Below are positions 1 to 13,799 of a stretch of DNA of 64,000 nucleotides, in pieces. Position 1 is the stretch's first letter. Each line of letters begins with the position of its first letter. The DNA is from the human T2T-CHM13v2.0 reference genome, Homo sapiens. A model generated the notes under the pieces. It was not told the DNA's origin, made no database searches, and saw only the letters and a program-made list of their open reading frames with translations. The stretch lies in assembly GCF_009914755.1 (NCBI RefSeq), contig NC_060926.1, one strand, 5' to 3'. Position numbers and translations under genes: made by a program.

Positions 1-800
1 GCAGGAGTGGGATGTTCCCCAGGCCAGCAGTGGAATGTTCAGATTGGGGGCAGCAGTGGCCATGCTGCTGTCCTGCCACTGGGGAGGGAGGTGCTGCCTT
101 TAGTGGTAGCAGCCTAGACAGGTGGGGAACATATGTGATGCTTGTGCCTCGGCCTCTGCTGTGATAGCCTATGCCTTGGTAGCACTTCAGCCCTGGGCGT
201 GGTAGCTTGTGGTCATTGATGCCTCAGCCCAGAGGCATGTACCTGCACCTGGCAGTAGCCTGCACCTGGGTTGTACCTCAGGCCTGGCTGCAGTAGCCTG
301 CATGCAGTCGCTTGTGCCTCAGTCGTAGGGCAACAGTCTGCATTTCTCTTGTGGCTCAGCCCTAGCATCACTAGATCTAGGACAGTACTTGGTCTATTAG
401 GGATGGGGCTCTAAAATGGTGCCTTGCTGTAGCTGCCTAAGTCTCGGGAAGTGTTTGGGACCCAGTATGCCCTTCCTCCCTGGGACAGTCCTGTGGCACA
501 ATCTCTTGGCAGCTCCCTCTGTTAGTTTCAGGGCCCTCAAGGATTGAGGAACTCTCCCATGGTTAGAATTGCAGGGGTCCACAGTGGGAAGGTGAAGTAC
601 TGAGGGTCTCTCACTTAACCTTTCCCCATACTGGGGAGTCTCTCTCAGGCCTCAGCTGATCCCAACTGAACAGGCTGCCTCACTTCCTTCTCCTTCCTTG
701 TTTTAGATATTTCTTGTCACTTTTCTGTGGAATTCCAGTGTGCTCTCTTGGATGATCTACTCAATGTGTGATTATCTACTCACTGTTTTGGTTCTTCCTA
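1..800 (-). mobile_element. Old LINE-1 5'-region fragment (L1M/L1PB-age)
   Basis: GC-rich degenerate repeats (gcagtagcctgca) followed by sequence resembling recalled old L1 5' regions; no intact ORF. Confidence 0.5.
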
Positions 801-1154
801 ACTGCAGTTTTAAAATACAATAAAATTCTATTGAACTATGTATTTCATGGTTATAGGCAGATATATGAAGGACCAAATTATGACCAAACTCCTGAAGTCT
901 TATGTTTCACTGCTATCTTCTTAATATGCTACATTCCTACCATTCTGTTTTATTTTCAGTTTCCAGACAGACCACAGAGTTTTCTCTCTTCTGAGTATTT
1001 GTATATCTTGTCTTTCAGCCATGTTTGCCTTATCCCTACTCACTTCCTATTCAGCCTTTTTTTTTTTTCAAATTTTTTTGGGGTTGGGGTGAGTGGAAAT
1101 GTAACATATAAAAGAAAAAGACACAAAACATGCTTAAAACTACTAACACTAGGA

Positions 1155-1483
1155 CAGCGGTCCCCAACTTTTTGGCACCAGGGACTGGTTTCATTGAAGG
1201 CGGTTTTTCTACAGATGTGGGTGGGGAGTGGACGGTTTGAGATGAAACTGTTCCACTTCAGATCATCAGGCATTAGTTAGATTCTCATAAGAAGTTTGCA
1301 ACCTAGATCCCTTGCACGCGCAGTTCACAATACATGCTCCTATGAGAACCTATGAGAATCCAATGCCGTTGCTAATTAGGCAGTAATGCTCACTGGCCTG
1401 CTGCTCACCTCTGGCTGTGTGGCCCTGTTCGTGACAGGCCACAGACCAGTACCAGTCTGCAGCCTGGGGGTTGGGGACCCCTG
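1155..1483 (+). mobile_element. MER1B-like hAT-Charlie DNA transposon
   Basis: Termini cagcggtccccaac...gttggggacccctg; 8-bp TSD cactagga (1147-1154) / cactaggg (1484-1491). Confidence 0.85.
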
Positions 1484-1494
1484 CACTAGGGTAA

Positions 1495-2145
1495 CCACTA
1501 TCCATTCAAAAATTAGAAAATAGCCAGCACTTCAGAAGCCTTTACCCTTTCCCATCACAATGCTCCTGTCCCCTCCGTAATACCCTGATTTTTATGATAA
1601 TGACTTTTTTTTGCCTTTCTTCTTAGTTTACTTCCCAGAATGCAGCCCTAAACACTATACTTCCGTTTGAGCATATAAAGGGAAGCATATAGCATGGACT
1701 TGTGTGTCTGTCTTCACTCAATATTATGCTTGTGGAATTCATCTTGTGTAATTGTAGTTCCTCTGTTTCCACTGCAGTGTGCTAAGAGTTGGCGAACTGT
1801 GGCCTGTGGTCTGTTTTGTTATATATTGTCTATGGCTGCTTTAGCGCTACAACAGGAGAGTTGAATAGTTGTGACAGAGACCTCATATTTACCATCCAAC
1901 CCTTTAAGGGTATTTGCTGATTTCTGCAGTATTGTGTGAGTATACCACAATTTATTTTTCCATTCTTTTGTTTTTTGGAGTTCCGGGTTGTTTACACCTT
2001 TGGGCTATTACAAACAACACTTCTATGAACATTCTTGTAGTGCCTCATGATGCACATGTACACTCATTTCTGTTGGGTATATCTTTAGCTAAGTAGATAA
2101 TGCCAAACAATTTTTTCCCTCAATGATTCTAACAGTTTACCCACA
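1495..2145 (-). mobile_element. L1ME-type 3' fragment containing a MER58A-like element (~1785-1927)
   Basis: Degenerate L1M 3' end motifs; MER58 core tattgtctatggctgcttt...agttgaatagttgtgacagagacc. Confidence 0.55.
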
Positions 2146-2148
2146 CTG

Positions 2149-2362
2149 GTGTTTAAGACCAGTCTGGGCAACATAGCAAGACCTCCATCTCTACAAAAAA
2201 TTAAAAAATAAGCCAGGCATGGTGGCACATGTGTAGTCCCAGCTACTCCAGCAGCTGAGGCAGGATTGCTTGAGCTTGGGAAGTCATGTCTACAGTGAGC
2301 TGTGACTGAGTCACTGCACTTCAGCCTGGGTGACAGAGTGAGACCCTGTCTCAAAAAAAAAA
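2149..2362 (+). mobile_element. 5'-truncated AluJ
   Basis: Alu right arm plus A tail, J-type diagnostics (acatagcaagacc, gagctgtga). Confidence 0.85.
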
Positions 2363-4229
2363 TCTATTTCAATTCCTTCTTGAAATTTTCACAGTCAGCT
2401 GTGCATCTATAACTGCCTCTACTAAGATCTTCCACTGCCACCTCAAATGCAACATGACTGCAATGAAATTGCTCTTTGACCACAGACGGACTCCCTTTGG
2501 AGTGCCCCTCCTTCTGTAAGAGGACTCATTATTTCCATAGCCACTCAGGCTCAAAACTGGGAAGTCATCCTGGATTCCTCATTCTTTCTGTCCCTTCAAA
2601 TCCAGCCAGTCACAGGCTAAGTTCCTCCTTCATAACATCTGTCATATCTACCCCTTGTATCCTATCCCTGTTACTGCCCTTCACCCACAGGTCCTCATCA
2701 TCATTAGCCTTGACTTCTTGCCTCCATCCCTTCTCACTGCAATTCCACATGAATCTTCTTAAAACACTCTTCTGCATCTATCAACTACTTGTTCAAAAAG
2801 CCTTTACTGCCATTTATCTTCCATAGAATTAGGTCTTAACTCCCTGGCTAAGCCAGAACCTTCCCATTTCCCATCAGTTTAGAATCTTACTTCCTGCTTC
2901 CTCCCTAGAAAACCTCCTTTAGCTCACTGCTCTGTTCACCAGCCCTTGAACTTACTCCAATCTCTTAATCTTTTTCTGTTTAAGCCACTTTCTTCAAGGG
3001 TCAGTTAAAGTCCTAACTCTAGTTCCAACTGATCCTACTCAAAATTGATTTCTCCTTTTTCTGATACTTGTTGTAGCACACTATTTCCTCCACATGTACC
3101 TTGTATTGTAATTTTTTGTTCATTCACTCATTCAACAAAGAATATTGACCATCACTCATATTCCAAACATCGTGCTGGACACAGGGTGTACAAAGATGGA
3201 GATGATATAATTCCTAACCTTGATGAGTTCATGACCTTGTCCAGTTTGACCGAGTTGAATACAAAATATCCGAGGGCAGAAACTGTCTTATTCTTTTTTA
3301 TATTTCCAATGCTAATCAGCATTTTTTACAGAGTACAATTCCTGTTAATGGTGATGATGAAAGACAAATAGAATTTCTTGTTCTAATAATAATGAAGCAA
3401 GCTAGAGGCTAGCAAAATTTCACTCACATTTTATGTAATTCTACCAGAAATTCAGATAAGGAAGCTACCATCCAATTTTCTGTTGGGTTTTAGTATTGTA
3501 GAACCTCTTTTTACTCATAAAGCTATAAATGCTGTAAAAATTCTTAAGGCTACTATTATTCAGATTGTTTCCTGGAATTATACAAGGAGGTAAATTAATC
3601 CTTTTGGATCACTTGTAGAGTTATTTTAACTTTTTGTTAAGAAACCCTGTAACATACTCATATACATACATCATATGCTCTCATAAACACATATAAATGG
3701 ATATACTATAAGAAATCTCTAGACTATTTTGAATTTTCACTAATAAGCAGGAATAATGAATTGTTACTTTATCATAATACAGTGAAAGAAATCATTACTA
3801 TACAATAATCCAGAAAAATATAAACATTTTACCAAAACCTCATTAGTGCAGTTGGTAGACTTGGCATAAAGTTCCAGAAAAATTCGGCCTACCTAGATGA
3901 AACTTTAAATTTCTTGAAAGAAGGGGCTATGTGTTTTATTTCTTTTATAGTACCTAAGATACCCAGCATAGCAGCGCAATCAGGAGCTACTCCAAACACA
4001 TTTGTCGAGTTGTAGTTGCACAAACTAATAATTTTATGGCCAGAATAAGAAAAATGTGTATGAACCTTTGAAGAGAACATATAAGTAACCAATACTTGAT
4101 GATTATGTATCAGAGGGGAAATGCAGGAATTATTTTAATGACCTCAATAGGTTGGTCAAAAAGCATCCTGCAGGAGCTGGGTTTAAAGGAGGAATGTGGA
4201 GACAGAGGGTATTCTCAGAGGAAGGATCA

Positions 4230-4460
4230 TAACGGTTAATCTTTATCAAGTGCTTACTAACTGCCAGATACCTTTCCAAGTAGATCATCTTATATTAGGT
4301 CCTTTGATCCTTAAAACAACTCTGTGACGTCAGCACCATGAGAATACCCATTTTATAGATGAGGAAACTGAGATAGAGCAACATTTACAAATTTGCCACA
4401 GTTTTCAGCCTAGATTCAGGACCCCAAAACTATGACTCCAGAGTTTTGTATGCTTCAAGT
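4230..4460 (-). mobile_element. MIR fragment
   Basis: MIR core cccattttatagatgaggaaactgag. Confidence 0.7.
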
Positions 4461-6997
4461 CTATGCTATGATTTCTCCTATAGAGATGTAAATAATGATT
4501 CAAAGGCCAAAAAGAAAAAGAAAAGTGTGGGGAAGGGAGAGGGAGAGAGACAGAGACAGAGAGATAAGGAGAGAATGGGAGGTGTAAGTTGTTTTGTTTT
4601 CTGGGTGGAGCTTTGAAAGTGATATATAATTGAATGGAAAATAAATAAGTTGTTCTAGAAAGTTATAACCACCATAATGCAGGACAGGGCACTGTGGATT
4701 TTCAGAGGGTCTCCTCCTCCTGCCCCCATTGGATCTACTTTCTGTGCCATGGCCTCTATTTGGAAAAAACAGAGGAAAATAATGTAAGAGACAGGCTCAT
4801 CATGAGCACACACAGCTGTCACCAGGCCATTTTATTTCCTGAAAGGTTGCTCATTCCATGGTGGCCTCTGACAGGCAGGAGGTGCCACTATTCAAGCCTC
4901 CTCCCAGCAACCCAGGACAGAATTACCGGTGCCAAACAGAAAGCTGGCATGTTTTAACCCACCCATGACCCACTCCTATATACACTGGAGTGGCAGCCGG
5001 AGGTCAGAGACAACAGAAGAGCAGCAGGGAAACTATGACCTGGAAGGTAGTTTGCGGAGTTGGGCTGATGCTGAGTCCTGGCTTCTGAAGCAAAGGCAAT
5101 GGGGAAGACAGAAACAAAGAAAAAACTAAAACAAAAACATGGGGAAAAATTGGAGCGCAATGGGGCACCAGGAGACTAGGCGCCTGTACCAAATAGGATC
5201 CAGGTGCAGCTTTAAAGTATGTGCCTGCTTTATGTGTTAACATTTGCACACTCTGCCCATACTTAAACTTTTACAGTGTAATACTCTGTTATCTCTTCTA
5301 AGCACCTAGAGTGGAAGGTAGAAATTATACTCCTTTCACAGAGAGAAGGGCTTCTGAGAATAACAAAACCCAAGTGACTTTTGAATAAAGCTGCAGATCT
5401 TTCTGATTCAAGGATGACTGCATTTATACAAATTTGTTTGAGATGTTAACATTGTTGGAAGGAAATGAATCAGAAAAACTTTTCAAGTTACTTTAAACCC
5501 TATGATCCTACAATGGGTTGTGCAGAGAATCCTAAAGTACAGATCAAAATGGTTCTGACCTAAATTCATGAATACACAGTGTTTCAAGGTTAAGGAGAGT
5601 ATGTGTCTGTCTCCTATGGATGTACAGAAACGAGTCCTAAAAAAAAATTGATGAGGAAAATCAATGGTGTGAACATAGCACCACATTACAAATATTTTCT
5701 CAAATGAAGGTTTTTGAAAAAGTATAGAAAAAATTCAAACGGTTGTTTGGTTACTTCTCTGATAATTGCTATTATCTTAATCCATTTTTAACATTCATAA
5801 TTTAAAAGAAAATTAAGAAATTAAGAATATTAATTTTTTTCTTTTGGTAGCCTTAGCTTTAAACAAAAATAGGATATGAACATGTTAAAAGTCTATGTAC
5901 AGATTTTGTGTATGTCCCTGGAAGGGAGTTTGTTTGCTGGCCAGCTTAATTTTTGACAAAGAAAAATGGGCTGCTCTTGCTTCTTGCACAAAGATGCACT
6001 GTTTCTAGAGCAAAGCAAAAAAAAAAAAAAAAAAAAAAAAAGAAAAGAATGTGTGTAAACAAAAAATTTGGAAAAAAATTAAGATAATATTCAACATGAT
6101 AATTTAGTATAAACTTTTTGTGAATTGATAAAATGTGTGGCTCATTAGAATTAAAAATATAACTATAATAAGAATTTTACTAATATCTGATAACTTTAAC
6201 AGCAAGCAAAGCACTCTAAATTTCATTTTTACTACTTCATAATTAAAGATATAGCTTTTTTAAAAAGCTGCTTTGTCTGTGCAGTTGTACAGTACTCTAA
6301 AGTTTCCAAAAGAAATGAGGCAAAGTATTTGTGAAATCGAGCCACCTCGATTCCTTCCACAGAGCTGCCATCTGGGCTTGTTTATTTGTGTTTCCAACTT
6401 TCTGGAACAGAGAGTTTCTCTGTTAGGGACAGGGCACTGAGCAAAGGAAGTGTCTTACAGAAGGCTATCTTTTTTTTTTTTTTAACTACATTTTCAAAAC
6501 TTATAGTTTAGTTTGGTCAAAAATATCAAATGACTACCATAATCACAGAGTCTAACACAATTGGAAGCCTCAGAATTGTCTTAGCAAACACTCTTCCACG
6601 ATATGATGCAAGTAATATTTACTACATAATACCTTATTGTGATTTTCAAATCTTTTTCAAAATACAAACTGTCACTAAGGCTATATAGCTATTTGTCCTG
6701 GAAATCAAGCATTTTTCATAAATCCTTCTATAAATAAGTATTTGATTTAAAAATGAAAGAAGTATTTCCAAGCAATTTCCCTAATTTTAGAAGGTACATA
6801 TGAGCCATGTTACCAAAATACGAAGCAATCAACAAAACAAAAATCTTACAAAGTATAATTAAGAAGCGAAGCATTATTGTTTGAATATACAATCTCATTA
6901 TGAAGAACAGTTTAAAAATTTATTAAGTCAACACTTAAAAATGACTAGTAGTCTCATCTCTGAAACATTTAACAAACAAAATAGAAGCAAAAAGTAC

Positions 6998-7136
6998 CTT
7001 GTAGAGTAAAATCCAGCAATACATATTCGTAAGCAAATTCTGTCTTTGTTTCCACTTGCGGTCTCTTCAGGGTAGAAAATATTTTTCCAGGGCTGCTATC
7101 ATCAGGGTCTTCTAGCTTTCTAAGTCCGCACCCCAT
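6998..7136 (-). CDS. RFTN2: Raftlin-2, first coding exon (139 nt, phase-1 donor); gene continues left of the window
   Basis: Translates MGCGLRKLEDPDDSSPGKIFSTLKRPQVETKTEFAYEYVLLDFTLQ(+1 nt); strong Kozak GCCATGG; MGC myristoylation/palmitoylation N-terminus of raftlins; ends at CAAG|GTACTT donor. Too short for the ORF track. Confidence 0.95.
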
Positions 7137-7720
7137 GGCAAAATCTGTAAGGAATTAAATTGCAGGAAAGGGGAGGGAGAGCAGCAAATTCTGTTGTTTA
7201 AGCTGCAAAAAGAAAGTTACAGACTTAACTGCTTTGATTTTGTTTTCAGCTAAACTATAGATAACCAAAAAAAAAAAAAAAAAAAAGCAAAAACCAAAAA
7301 AAAAAAAAAACCAAAAAAAACCATCTGGGTCCAAAGAAAGGAGTTGAAGAATTTTTCTATCCATTTTTCTGTAAAGTCATTGAACCCATGATTAAGCTAC
7401 AGCTCCAGGAGGCTGGGCTTGATCTTAGAGAAACATGCAAGCTGCTACAACTTAGCGGAGAATTTCCATGCCACGTCAATTTACAGCCAGCCCCCTACCA
7501 GAGTTCTGTCGCTCAGGGCACCAGCGGTGCTTTGTCTATTCCAGTTGGCTGGATGATAAAAAGAGGTGTCCAAAAACGGAAATAAAAAGGCAAAAGGGCA
7601 ACTTGGATGTAATTATCTACAAGTAGAAGATATATTCAGACATAGTGGCACACAATTCTTTTTCTGTTTTCCCTCTCCTCTCTGTCCTGCGCCTACCCTC
7701 CTTCCTCTCAACTACTACCA
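7137..7720 (-). promoter_or_regulatory. RFTN2 5' leader / proximal promoter (non-CpG-island)
   Basis: Unique sequence directly upstream of the RFTN2 ATG with poly(T) tracts on the sense strand; exact TSS not determinable from sequence. Confidence 0.55.
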
Positions 7721-7850
7721 AGAAAGAAAAAGGAGAGAGAGAGAGAGAGGCAGTAGGGGGGTGGAGAGAGAGACAGAGAGAGAGAGGGAAAAAGAGAGAG
7801 AGAGAGTGAAAGAGAGAGAGAGAAAGAAAGAAAGAGAAAAATGAAAAGAG
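7720..7850. repeat. (GA)n-rich polypurine microsatellite
   Basis: ~125 bp almost entirely purine on + strand. Confidence 0.9.
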
Positions 7851-8249
7851 TGGATTCTCAACATATTTAGAAACAAAAATCATTTCCAGAAAGGAAGTCA
7901 GCTTTATGAGGAAACTATTTCTGGAGTCTAAAAGGAGGAAAGTAAAGTTTAAAAAAACAGCCCTTTAGTCTTTAGTTAGTACTTTTGAGGATTTCTTTCC
8001 ATATGAAGTTTCTTTCTGTTGGAAAAAATCATATGCTAATTAAAACAGCAAAGTATAAAAAATTTATATTAAAATATTTTTATAAAAAAGACTTTACTTA
8101 ATTGCAAAGGAGAGACAGTTATGTGTGTAATTAGTTTCCCCAACATCCTTAAATAGTTTAAAACACTCTACTATTAGAAGGCTTATGATAGCAACTAATA
8201 CTTCTATAGGTCTCAAAGTATCCTTAATTAAAAAATAAAACAAAACTGA

Positions 8250-9145
<896 letters not shown>

Positions 9146-9489
9146 AGCATGAAAACTCTCAAAAGGGGGATGGATCCTTTATTTTATAGATCACTATTAC
9201 CTTTTTTCTTTTCCTACTGCCTCCTTGCCTTTAAATGTTTTATTTCTCAGAAAAGTCTTAGAGAAAAATTCCACAGTCTTTCATGCTCCAGGATGAGCAC
9301 TGTCGGTGGTAAGCAATTTGACTAAAAAGACAGCCAACTCTGACCCAGTGTGACTCATCTGACTGTTCACAGTACTTTCATGCCTGTCATTTTCCGTATC
9401 CTCTTTGGTATGGTGGGCTGTGAGGTCCTGTATGGCAGAAATGGAATCTTTGAAGGTCACTAGCATCTACTGAAGTGCCTGGAAGATTA

Positions 9490-10170
9490 TTTAAGTACCC
9501 ATTATATTTATTAAATGCATGCTATATTCCAGCCACTGAACTAGGTGCTGGTACAAAAGATAATTAAACATGCCCTCTGCCCTAAAGAAACTTATAGTGT
9601 AATGGGGAATACAAACTTATCTGCAGATAATTTCAATGTAATTTGGTAGATGCTGAAATAAAAGTATGCAAAAGATGCTATAGAAACTCAAGATGGGGCC
9701 TCTAACTCAGCCTGGAGGATGATGTCTGAGTTGTCCTCAAGGATAAATATTTTTAAGGTGATAAAGAAAGGTGGGTAGCATGTGCCAGAAGAGAAAAGCA
9801 TGAGCAAAATCATGGAATCATGAAAGAGTATGGCATGTCGAAGGAACACGAAACAGTTGACAATTACTAGAACATAAAAAGTGAGAAAAGACTAAGCTGT
9901 AAGGGAGGCAAGGGGTAAGCTGTAATGAACTTGTCTACCATACAAAGGGAATTTGGACTTTATTTTGTAGGCAACAAAGGTGAATCAAATAATCAAATGG
10001 AATAATCAAGTGAGGAGTCTGAAGTAGGCAAGTGATATCAGTTTGCCTTTTAGATTGGTTACTGTGGCTGATTTCAGGAAGATGGTTTTACTTAGAGCAA
10101 GAATGGAGACAAGTCAAGAGGGTAAATGCAATAGTCCAGTAGAGAGCTGATGACTGAACGAATGTGGTAC
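9490..10170 (-). mobile_element. L2 3' fragment
   Basis: Degenerate L2 motifs (tattaaatgcatgctatattccagccactg; tttggactttattttgtaggca). Confidence 0.6.
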
Positions 10171-10845
10171 ATCAGTAGGTCCTTAAGGAATTATTTTTAC
10201 CTTTAGGAAAAGGAACTATAGTTTCTTAAGTTCATAATTGAACAATCACTTAAGTAATTTTCTCCTCCAAATTCTAACAAAATAAAATTTAATTAGACTC
10301 TTACAATATTTTTAAAACATTTTCATTTATCAATATGGCACACATTCCTGCTATTTTAACAATTACATGGGATTTCACTGCATTAATACAATGCTTACCA
10401 AGTAACATTTTGGTCATTTTCAAACTTCTACTGTGAAGATTTTTCTAAGGGTTACTTTTTTCCTCACTTTGGATTATTTCCTAAATACTTAGATTCTACT
10501 TCATAAATGGTCAAGTAGTTTACATACAAGAAACCAGTTAGAGGATGGACACAGTGGTTCATGCCTGTAATCCCAGCACTTTGGGAGGCCAAGGCAGGAG
10601 GATCACTTGAGGCCAGGAGTTCAAGACAAAGAAATCAGTTACGAAGCAATAAGCAGAGAAAATGCATTCTAATGGCTAAATAACTCATGTGTATTACTTA
10701 TCTAAATATGTGGTTGGCCATAAAACTGTTTAAGGTATCAATCTTATATATTTTAAGTTTTATCAGTTGTTACCACATATTTTGCCTATATCTTTTATGC
10801 CTATATATTTATATAAAAACACTTGCATTCAAAAATTTTTCTCTG

Positions 10846-11234
<389 letters not shown>

Positions 11235-11239
11235 TTAAA

Positions 11240-11570
11240 AAATTAATATACTTTTTTTAAGAGCATTTTTAGGTTCACAGCAAAATTGAACAGAAAGCAG
11301 AGAATTCCCATATGCTCCATTTTCACACATGCACAGCTTCCCCTACTATCCTACTATCACCATCCCACCAGAGGGACATATTTGTTACAATCGATGAACT
11401 TACATCAGCACATCATTATCTCCCAAAGTCCATAGCTGACATTAGGGTTCACTTCAGGTGTACATTCTATGAGTATTGACAAATGTATAATGACATGCAT
11501 TCATCATTGTAGTGCTACACAGAGTAGTTTCACTGTCCTAAAAATTCTATGGTCCACTTATTCATTCCTC
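11240..11570 (-). mobile_element. L1MC/L1MD 3' end fragment
   Basis: ttttaggttcacagcaaaattga...gacaaatgtataatgacatg motifs. Confidence 0.65.
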
Positions 11571-11990
11571 CTTATTGCTTTAACTCTGATTCACCTGGCA
11601 ATGGTAATATATAGGGTAAGCTATAGATCCAAGTCATTTCTCTTCCAGCCTGATATCCAACTGTCACAACCACATTTGTTTCCATAATCTTTCATCAATG
11701 ATGTTTCCTCAGGCTTATCATATATTAAATATTAACAGTAATTAGGATAAAATTTTGGAATAAATGTCTTCTAATTCTGGTCATTTTTTCTATAATGAAT
11801 TATATTTGTTTGCTGCCAATGCAGATTTCAGGGACAGCTTTCAGTTCTGTATTGTAAATAGAGTTTCCCCAAGCGCAGGTTTGTATTTGGCTAGGTATGA
11901 TGGAGATGTATTATCACTTCTTGCCTGTGCTCTAGTATGGGCTCCCTTAGTCCTTGAATGAATGAAGGAAACTTATGAAAATGTAGCACA

Positions 11991-12298
<308 letters not shown>

Positions 12299-13799
12299 AA
12301 AATGTAGCATAATATTCTGATAGCTACTAGGCAACTTTGGATCACCGAGTTTACCAAAGACACAAAGCTTCTAAGAGTTAATTATGTATCATCCAATCCA
12401 TTCCCTACAGAGAAAACTTTTGCATAATAGCAACTTTTAAATCTAGTCTATCTTGGATATCCCTTCTCAAAGAAGTAAATTCAACAGCTCAAGTATTTGT
12501 GGAGTGTCTACTGTATATGTAAGGCACTGCCTGGACACAAAGATGAAAAAGCCACGTTATGCTCTGCAGAATTCACAAGCTAGCAGACTAATGCTGAGTT
12601 TTAACTACTTACTATACCATTGGTTTCATTACGTAGTCAAGTTTCCCAAGATGTTAATGACTTATTGAAAAACATCACTTATTGAAAAAGCCATTCTTTG
12701 TTTAATATTTAGAAATGCTACATTTATCACATTATAGTTTAGATAAACTATAGTTTAGATACTTTATCTAAACCACTTTATGGTTTAGATAAACTATGAT
12801 TAGTATTTTGACTTTTAATTTTGTTCTATAGTCTGGTTTCTCAGCATAACACATTTCAAAATTTTTATGGGTTTATAATTTTTCAATGTCCGGAAATTAC
12901 AAAAATGTATTTCTTTTTTAAAAAAAGTTACTGACTATTCTTAACTATTTAGTCTTCTGGAGCAGTGTTTTCAAACTGTATGGCAGAACTCTTTGGTTCC
13001 AAAGAGGTGCCAGCTTTGGTGAAGAGAGAGAGTTTGATCATGAGGGGAGGCCAAGCAGGCAGGCTCTTGGTTTCCCTCCATCCTTTCTTCAAACAGAACA
13101 GCCTAGCTTTGATCAGTGTCATACACCAGTAACAAACGATTTAAAAGCCCTAACTATCAGACCATGACACCATTTATATTAGAAATAAACTAGGAATAAA
13201 TCTATCAAAATATTAAGCCACACTTATATGTAGAAAGTCATAAAACTTTACTGAATAGCATTAAAGGAGATTTAAGTAAATGGGTATATATTCATAGTCA
13301 GTTTTAGGAACCCTTAATATAGTAAATATGTCAACCTCCCCCAGCCCTTGACACCTAACATTGAGCTATAGATTTAATGCAATGGTGACCTAAACCCAAC
13401 AGGTCTTTGGCAGGGAACTTGTCAAGTTGATTTTAATAGTTACGTGGAAGATAAAAGGGCAAAAAATGGCTAAGATTCTTCTGAAGAAGAATACGGAGGA
13501 CAGGTAAATTCTTCATATATTAAAATTTAGTATAAAGCTATAGTAATTAAAATAGTGTTTTTAGCAAGGCATAGATAAATTAGCCAATACAATAGCTAAA
13601 GAGCCTAGAAAGAGACCCGACACATGAAAATGTAATATATGATGAAGGTGGCATGGTAGGTCAGTGGAGAAATGGAACTGAGAAAACTGGTTATCCATAT
13701 GGGGAAAAATTGGATCCCTACCTCCTGCTATACACAAAACTTTCAGTTCTATATAAAGAACTTAAACATCGAAAGCAATTTTTTAAAAATTTCTTTTAT

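Noticed and set aside
768-1280. 170-aa hydrophobic ORF
   Set aside because: Non-ATG start, runs across an L1 remnant, AT-rich spacer and MER1B; no homology or splice context
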